Origin: Lama guanicoe
Taxonomy: Eukaryota
Direction of reading: 5' to 3'
DNA length: 64,000 bases
NCBI GenBank assembly: GCA_013239625.1
Contig: MU053431.1
Coordinates: 870,001 to 934,000, forward strand
In this document: piece by piece, positions 58,713-64,000 of the stretch
How positions within the stretch are numbered: the stretch's first letter is position 1
Layout of the letters: each line of letters starts with the position of its first letter
Made by a program: the position numbers and the translations under genes
The notes under the pieces: generated by a model
Told to the model about the DNA's origin: nothing
Seen by the model: the letters and a program-made list of their open reading frames with translations, nothing else
Databases searched by the model: none

Positions 58713-61700
58713 GCCTTGGCAGGGTCAGCAGAGCAGTCCTCTGGTCCTGCTGGTCCCCTCAGTGTTCTGCGCCCTTGGCCTCAGCCCCTCCGGCTCCTCC
58801 CAGGTACCACCTCTGAGCACCGGCCGTTCCCATGCACCGTCCACCTTGGATCCCAGCAAGCCTAGTCCAGCCTCTGGGCTCTTGTATCTTGTGTTCTCTC
58901 TGGACGTTTCTCACCCAGATCTCCCCCTAACTGTCTCCTTTTTCTGAATCAGTTTGCATCTCAGACAGCCCCTGGAGAGGCTCTTCCCCAAGGTCCCATC
59001 ACTGCCTCCTTGTCTCCGTGGCTGGCACTGCCCGATGGGTGAGTTTAGCTTCTCTCTGGCCCATTTGGCCATCACCCTGCTGAGAAGGTCGGTACCTGGG
59101 AGCAGATGGTCGTACTGGGCATCACTGCATCCCAGCTGCTGGCCAGTGGAGTTCAAACGGGAAGTGACTACAGAGGCTCCCTGACCCAGAGCTTTCTGTG
59201 CATCAGGTTTGGGGTGGATGTTAGGTCCCTGCCAGGAATGGGCACCCAGGAGCAAAGGTCAGCAGATCCCCAGGGACCTCCACACGCACAGGGGGCGGGG
59301 CCTGGTGACTGGTAACCAGGAAACCACCCGCGTATCCAGCAAGAGGTGGGCGCTGGTCCGAGACCACTCCGTCTGTCGGTCTTCTCTGCTGGTAGGAAGC
59401 CAGGGGTGTTTACTAAGCGAACGTGCACAGGTGTGAAAGCCCAGGAGCAGAGGGTCAGGGGCCCTTCACCACAGCAGGCATGGGACAGACAGAGTAAGTG
59501 CGTGCCCCTGCTGTCCCCACCGCTGTTGTCTGTGGGCACCTCCACTCAGTTACGGGAGAACAAGTGACAGACTTGGCCCTCCTCCTGCCGCCGTCCTCAT
59601 TGTTCAGTAGCAGAGAGAGGGCGCCCCCATCCCCACCTTACCTTCACGGAGCGCAGGTGTGCCCAGGCCACTGGAGGTGAGACCTCCCTCCCTCCCCAGG
59701 CCCGGGTGCCGGCGGGTCCCCTTGCTGCCTGGCCATGTTGGAATGGCTGGGAGGTTTGGGTCCTGAAGGGGTGACCCCAGAGTCCTGGACCCACCTGCCT
59801 TTGGGAGTGACCTGGTCTTCCCGTGGGGACGGAGACAGCAGGGACTCCAGAGGCCAGGCGGCCACTGTCCGTGTGAACAGAGGTGTCCTCAGGTGCAGAA
59901 CGGTGAAGCGGCTGCTGTAGGAGGGCACGTGTTGAGTGGGGGTCCCACGGACCCCTGAGGGGTGGCAGCGCTGGCTCTCCCGGAGAGGGGATCTCCTCAT
60001 GGGCAAGGGAGCAGTGGGTGATGAGCTTGGCATCAAGAGGTCAGCAGGCCTCCGGGGGCTGAGGGAGCTGGACTAGGGCATCAGCGGGAGTGCCCGGCCG
60101 GAAGCATGGCTGCAGTCACTCTGCCAGTGGTCGCGGCCACCACGGGTGACATCACTGTCATTCCTCAGTGGCCCTCTTGGCAGCTGATGCTCAACTCTTC
60201 AGGTCCCCCAACCTCATCAGTGGGGCGCCCTCCACCCGAAGCGCAGACAAGAGGCGCCATTCTGCTCACACCTGTTTCCAGGGACGTTACCTGTGAGAGT
60301 TCGCGGAGGACCAGGCTCCTAAGGCAGAACTGGGCTGCATTTGTAGACACATGTGTCTATGTCTGAACTTTAAAAAGTAAATGTTGTATCACTTACCTCT
60401 CCCTCCCCCGATTTTATGCAAAATATTTGAAAGGAATAGTGGCAATTTCAGAAGCAAATTGGATTAACATGCAAAGTCCCTGGGTCTGGAATCCTGAGCA
60501 CATCCGGGGGGAAGGCTTGCGTGCTGCCCCTCTGCTTTTTCTGAAATTAAAAAGGGTATTAAGAAAAGCAACGCTTTCCCTGCACGCTCTCTTAATTGTC
60601 AGTTGTGCAGGTTAATGAGCTACACTAGCTCATTGAGAGCTAACATACTGACTGTCAGAACCTGACACATCAGCACGGGGGAGCTCCGCAGAGCGTCTTT
60701 GCAGGAAATTAGAAGTGACTTTCCTCCCTCTGGAAGGATGAGGGCCTGGTGATGAGGCGCTTTCCCAAATGGGCTTCTCAGGAGCCACTGACTCCAGGTG
60801 GAGGGGAGAGGCCCCCGGGCTGGCGCAGGCGCCCGGAGATGCAGAGGCCCCGGTGGGAGGGGAGGCGCTGGGGGGCGGGGGCTTGATTGCTTCTTCCCTG
60901 AACCACTGCTCTCTGGAACTGGTGTCTTGTCCTCCTGTGTCATTTCTGCGCTTGTGAGGTTGTTCACTTAACCTGTGCGCTGACCTGGAATCGTCCCCGC
61001 CGGAGACGCGTGCTGTTTGCAGAGGCATCTGACCGAACAAGCGCAGGCTCTCTTTACACTTGACTGGCAAGTGATGAGAGGAGGATGACTCAGCACTTCG
61101 CTGCCCAAGCCGCCGGAAGGCCGCGTGAGCTCCGGGGGCAAGGAGCCCGCGTGAAGCCTGGTGGCGGAGGCCAAGAAAAATTAAGGCGCCATTAAAAATT
61201 GAGCTGGCAAAAGGCCTGCCACTGCTCGTGCTCCGCTTCGTTCCAGCGCGGCACTCGCAGGCCCTTCAGATTACTGAGGGACAGTGAGGCTTTCTGACAA
61301 GAACAGTGCCGAGGATGAGGTCTTAGCTGGATTAATGAATAAATCGAGACCAGCCCAGGACTGGGAAGCCCTGCAGCTCTGCGAGGCCAGCACAGGGACC
61401 ACGCTCCTTTTTCAGACTTTCCAGAATCTCGTCCCAGATTAGAACTTTCTGTTGAAATTCTGCCTTCGTTTCCCCAGAGCCCTTGTGGAGACAGAAGCAC
61501 CCCGAGAGCTCAGCGCTCAGACACCGCGGAGCGGCACCTGGAGGCCTTGCCTAGCCGCAGGCTTGGCGGGCCCCTCCGCACCCTCCCTGGGGGAGGACTG
61601 GCCCTGGAAGGTGGAGGAGACTCGTGTGTATGCACACGGTTGGGGTTCTGAGTCAGATTTATTCTTGCCTGTTTGTTGAGTCAGAGGACCCGACCGTCCT

Positions 61701-62191
61701 GCTTCTAAGGGCTCCTCAATCTTCTCCTGCCTCTGTATTCCGGAAGTAATAAGGCTGCTTTAAATAAAGCATCACACAGGTGTCCTGTCTGGTTCCCACA
61801 CAGATCTAGGTCCTGAGAGGCCGCCCTCCCCCACCCCCTCCCTTCCCAGCCCAAGGCTGCCTCCCCTCTCTCCATCGCCAGGCAGCACATCTGGGCACAT
61901 TGTGGGTCCTCCCTCTGTCCTTCCCTTTTCCCATCGGCCTCCGAGCTGTGCTGACCATACTTCCTGACGTGAGCCCCACACCCACCAGGACCCCTGCTTC
62001 TGCGCCATCCTCCATCCCTGCCCTTGGCCGACTTTTCACAGACCCAGAGCGGAACAGGCCTCCTCTTCACTGGCAGTACTGCCCTTGCTCTGTTGAACTT
62101 TCAGATGCTTTGTAGCAAAACCATGCCAGGGAGGAGGGAAGCAGACCGCTGGCACCAAGTGTGGAACAAGAGTCTGCAGAAGAGATAGAAG

Positions 62192-62564
62192 AGTGCGAGT
62201 CCCCGCCTGAAGGAGAAGACACAGTTATGTGTGTGGATGTGTATGTATCTGTATAAATGAGTCACTTTGCTGTATACCCGAATCACTGTAAATCAGCTAA
62301 ACTGCAAAAAAAAAAAAAAAGTGTTAAAGAGCAAAAAACTTTAAAAATAAGTTTTTAAAAATTATTAAAAAGTGTGACTTCCCATCTGAAAGAGAATACA
62401 TATTTGTGTGTATATATATATAATCTGTATAAATGAATCACATTGCTGTACATATGAATCACTACAAATCCACTATACTTCAAAAAAAATTTTTAAAGAG
62501 CAAAAAATCCTTAAAAAGTAAATTTAAAAAAAGATTATGTAAAAAGTGAGATTTCCCACGGGAA
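62192..62564 (+). mobile_element. Tandem pair of short L1 3' ends separated by repeated flank motifs
   Basis: Two units of about 175-180 bp sharing 'tctgtataaatga(g/a)tcac(t/a)ttgctgta...gaatcact', an A-tail and 'ttaaagagcaaaaaa'. Confidence 0.85.
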
Positions 62565-62766
62565 AGGAAGGTGCCAAAGTGACAGCAACACAGACAGTCA
62601 GAGCGAGGTCCGCACGGACAAAGCGTCCACTTAATACCAGAGAACTGAAGCTCCACCCAGTGACATCTCAGCGGGCATGTCCCATGTTCCAAACCAGTGG
62701 AGCTTCTCAGAGATGCCCGAAACTCCAACCCAGCCTGAGAATACACGCAGAACCCTGAGGGTCAAA

Positions 62767-63015
62767 GCTGTCCCAGCCCTGGGTTAGGCGGGCTGTGGTC
62801 CTGGCCCTGGGTCAGGAGGGCTGTGGTCCCGGCCCTGGGTCAGGTGGGCTGTGGTCCCGGCCCTGGGTCAGGAGGGCTGTGGTCCCAGCCCTGGGTCAGG
62901 TGGGCTGTGGTCCAGGGCCCTGGGTCAGGTGGACTGTGGTCCCGGCCCTGGGTCAGGTGGGCTGTGGTCCCGGCCCTGGGTCAGGAGGGCTGTGGTCCCG
63001 GCCCTGGGTCAGGAG
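62767..63015. repeat. GC-rich minisatellite (VNTR), 28-bp unit ggctgtggtcccggccctgggtcagg(a/t)g, 8 full copies plus a partial copy
   Basis: Units start at 62791, 62819, 62847, 62875, 62903, 62932, 62960 and 62988, with few substitutions. Confidence 0.97.
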
Positions 63016-64000
63016 TCAGACTCACCAGTGGCCCGGCTCAGCTAGGAGTGAAGACAGAGGCAGCAAAGATACAGCCCCCGGGTCCTGGGCGAGAGGCCTG
63101 AGTGTGCAGCGGTGACTCCCATCCTAGCTCAGTCAAGACTTCAGAGCTGCAGCAGGAAAACTGCCCCAGAATGCGACTCAGGCCAGGGGCCCTGTATCCC
63201 AGACTCTTGTGGCAGAGGAAGGAGACTGAACTTAGCTCTGTTGGAGCAACGGTGGAGAGGGCGGGGGCACTTCTTTCAGGCCTGGGGTGAGCTAGTGGGG
63301 AGCCGTGAAGGGTGCTGGGGGAGGTGGTCATTGTGAGGAGGCCGTCTCGGCTTGCTGACTGTCACCTGTGGAAGTCAGACTCCCACCTCCCACAGAGACC
63401 GAGGTGGCCTGTCTCCTCCCAAGAGGCACTTCAGGTCCTTGATAAAGTCATTCCTGGTCTGCGGAAGATTTACATCTTGGAGGCACAGGAAGAATTTATA
63501 ATGAAAAGTTTTCTAAAGAAGATGCTCTCAGAAAAGGGAGGTCAGGGGCCCCTCGGCAGGAAGAAACTTGCCTGAAGTTTGGTCCAGCTGAGGGGACTTA
63601 CTGCCAACTTGGTCGACAGGGGAGGCATGAAGCAGGGGTTTGACCTTGAGCCCTTCTAACCCGAAGCCCAGGGCAGGGGGCCTCCCCTTAGCAATTCGTT
63701 TTCCATCTAATGCCCCTCATGAGCTTGTGGTGAAATAACAGAATCAGTGGAGATGCCACTTTCTGGGAAGCTTGCCGTGGTGGGCCCTGATGGGTGCTGG
63801 GAAGACAGTGCCGGAAGGGTGGGGTGAGCCCTGCGCGTAGAGGGGCCGTCTCACCTCAGTGCCGGAACCCCACCTTTTTTTTTAAAAAAGTTCCAGTGGG
63901 TTAGTTTCCAGGTGTGATGATTGACTATGTGATCTTACTAACCTCCACTAGGAATCCAGATTGAGTGTAAAGAGCGCGTGTTTGCAGTGCGTTCTAGGCC

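Noticed and set aside
62767..63115. 28-bp repeat array as a CRISPR array or a repeat protein
   Set aside because: Head-to-tail repeats with no unique spacers, no cas genes, eukaryotic context; the ORFs simply translate the VNTR
1..64000. Naming the host gene or locus
   Set aside because: No exon is recognisable, so any gene name would be a guess; it needs alignment of the non-repeat islands to an annotated genome

Overview
This is GC-rich, CpG-rich mammalian (eutherian) DNA from a gapped draft assembly, with four N-runs, each inside or next to simple or low-complexity repeats. I find no credible protein-coding exon, RNA gene or CRISPR array. The long ORFs in the track come from (CCAT)n/(GGAT)n repeats, a minisatellite, decayed LINE-1 ORF2, or chance in GC-rich sequence. 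The window is a mosaic of old interspersed repeats: L1M, L2, MIR, MaLR/ERVL/ERV1 solo LTRs, hAT-type MER elements and a Tigger remnant. It also has a few short, younger L1 3' ends with target-site duplications (TSDs), simple repeats and a 28-bp minisatellite. Several repeat-free, AT-rich islands dense in transcription-factor motifs look like conserved non-coding enhancers. Most LTRs lie on the minus strand, which hints that the window is inside a very large intron of a plus-strand gene. The L1 3' ends, and the lack of Alu/B1/Bov-tA/PRE1/Can-SINEs, suggest a cetartiodactyl, possibly a camelid (inference). Repeat family names were assigned from memory of consensus sequences and need RepeatMasker/Dfam confirmation; boundaries are approximate unless TSDs are given. 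I see no evidence for a new biological system. The best leads are candidate enhancers and some unusual repeat architectures.
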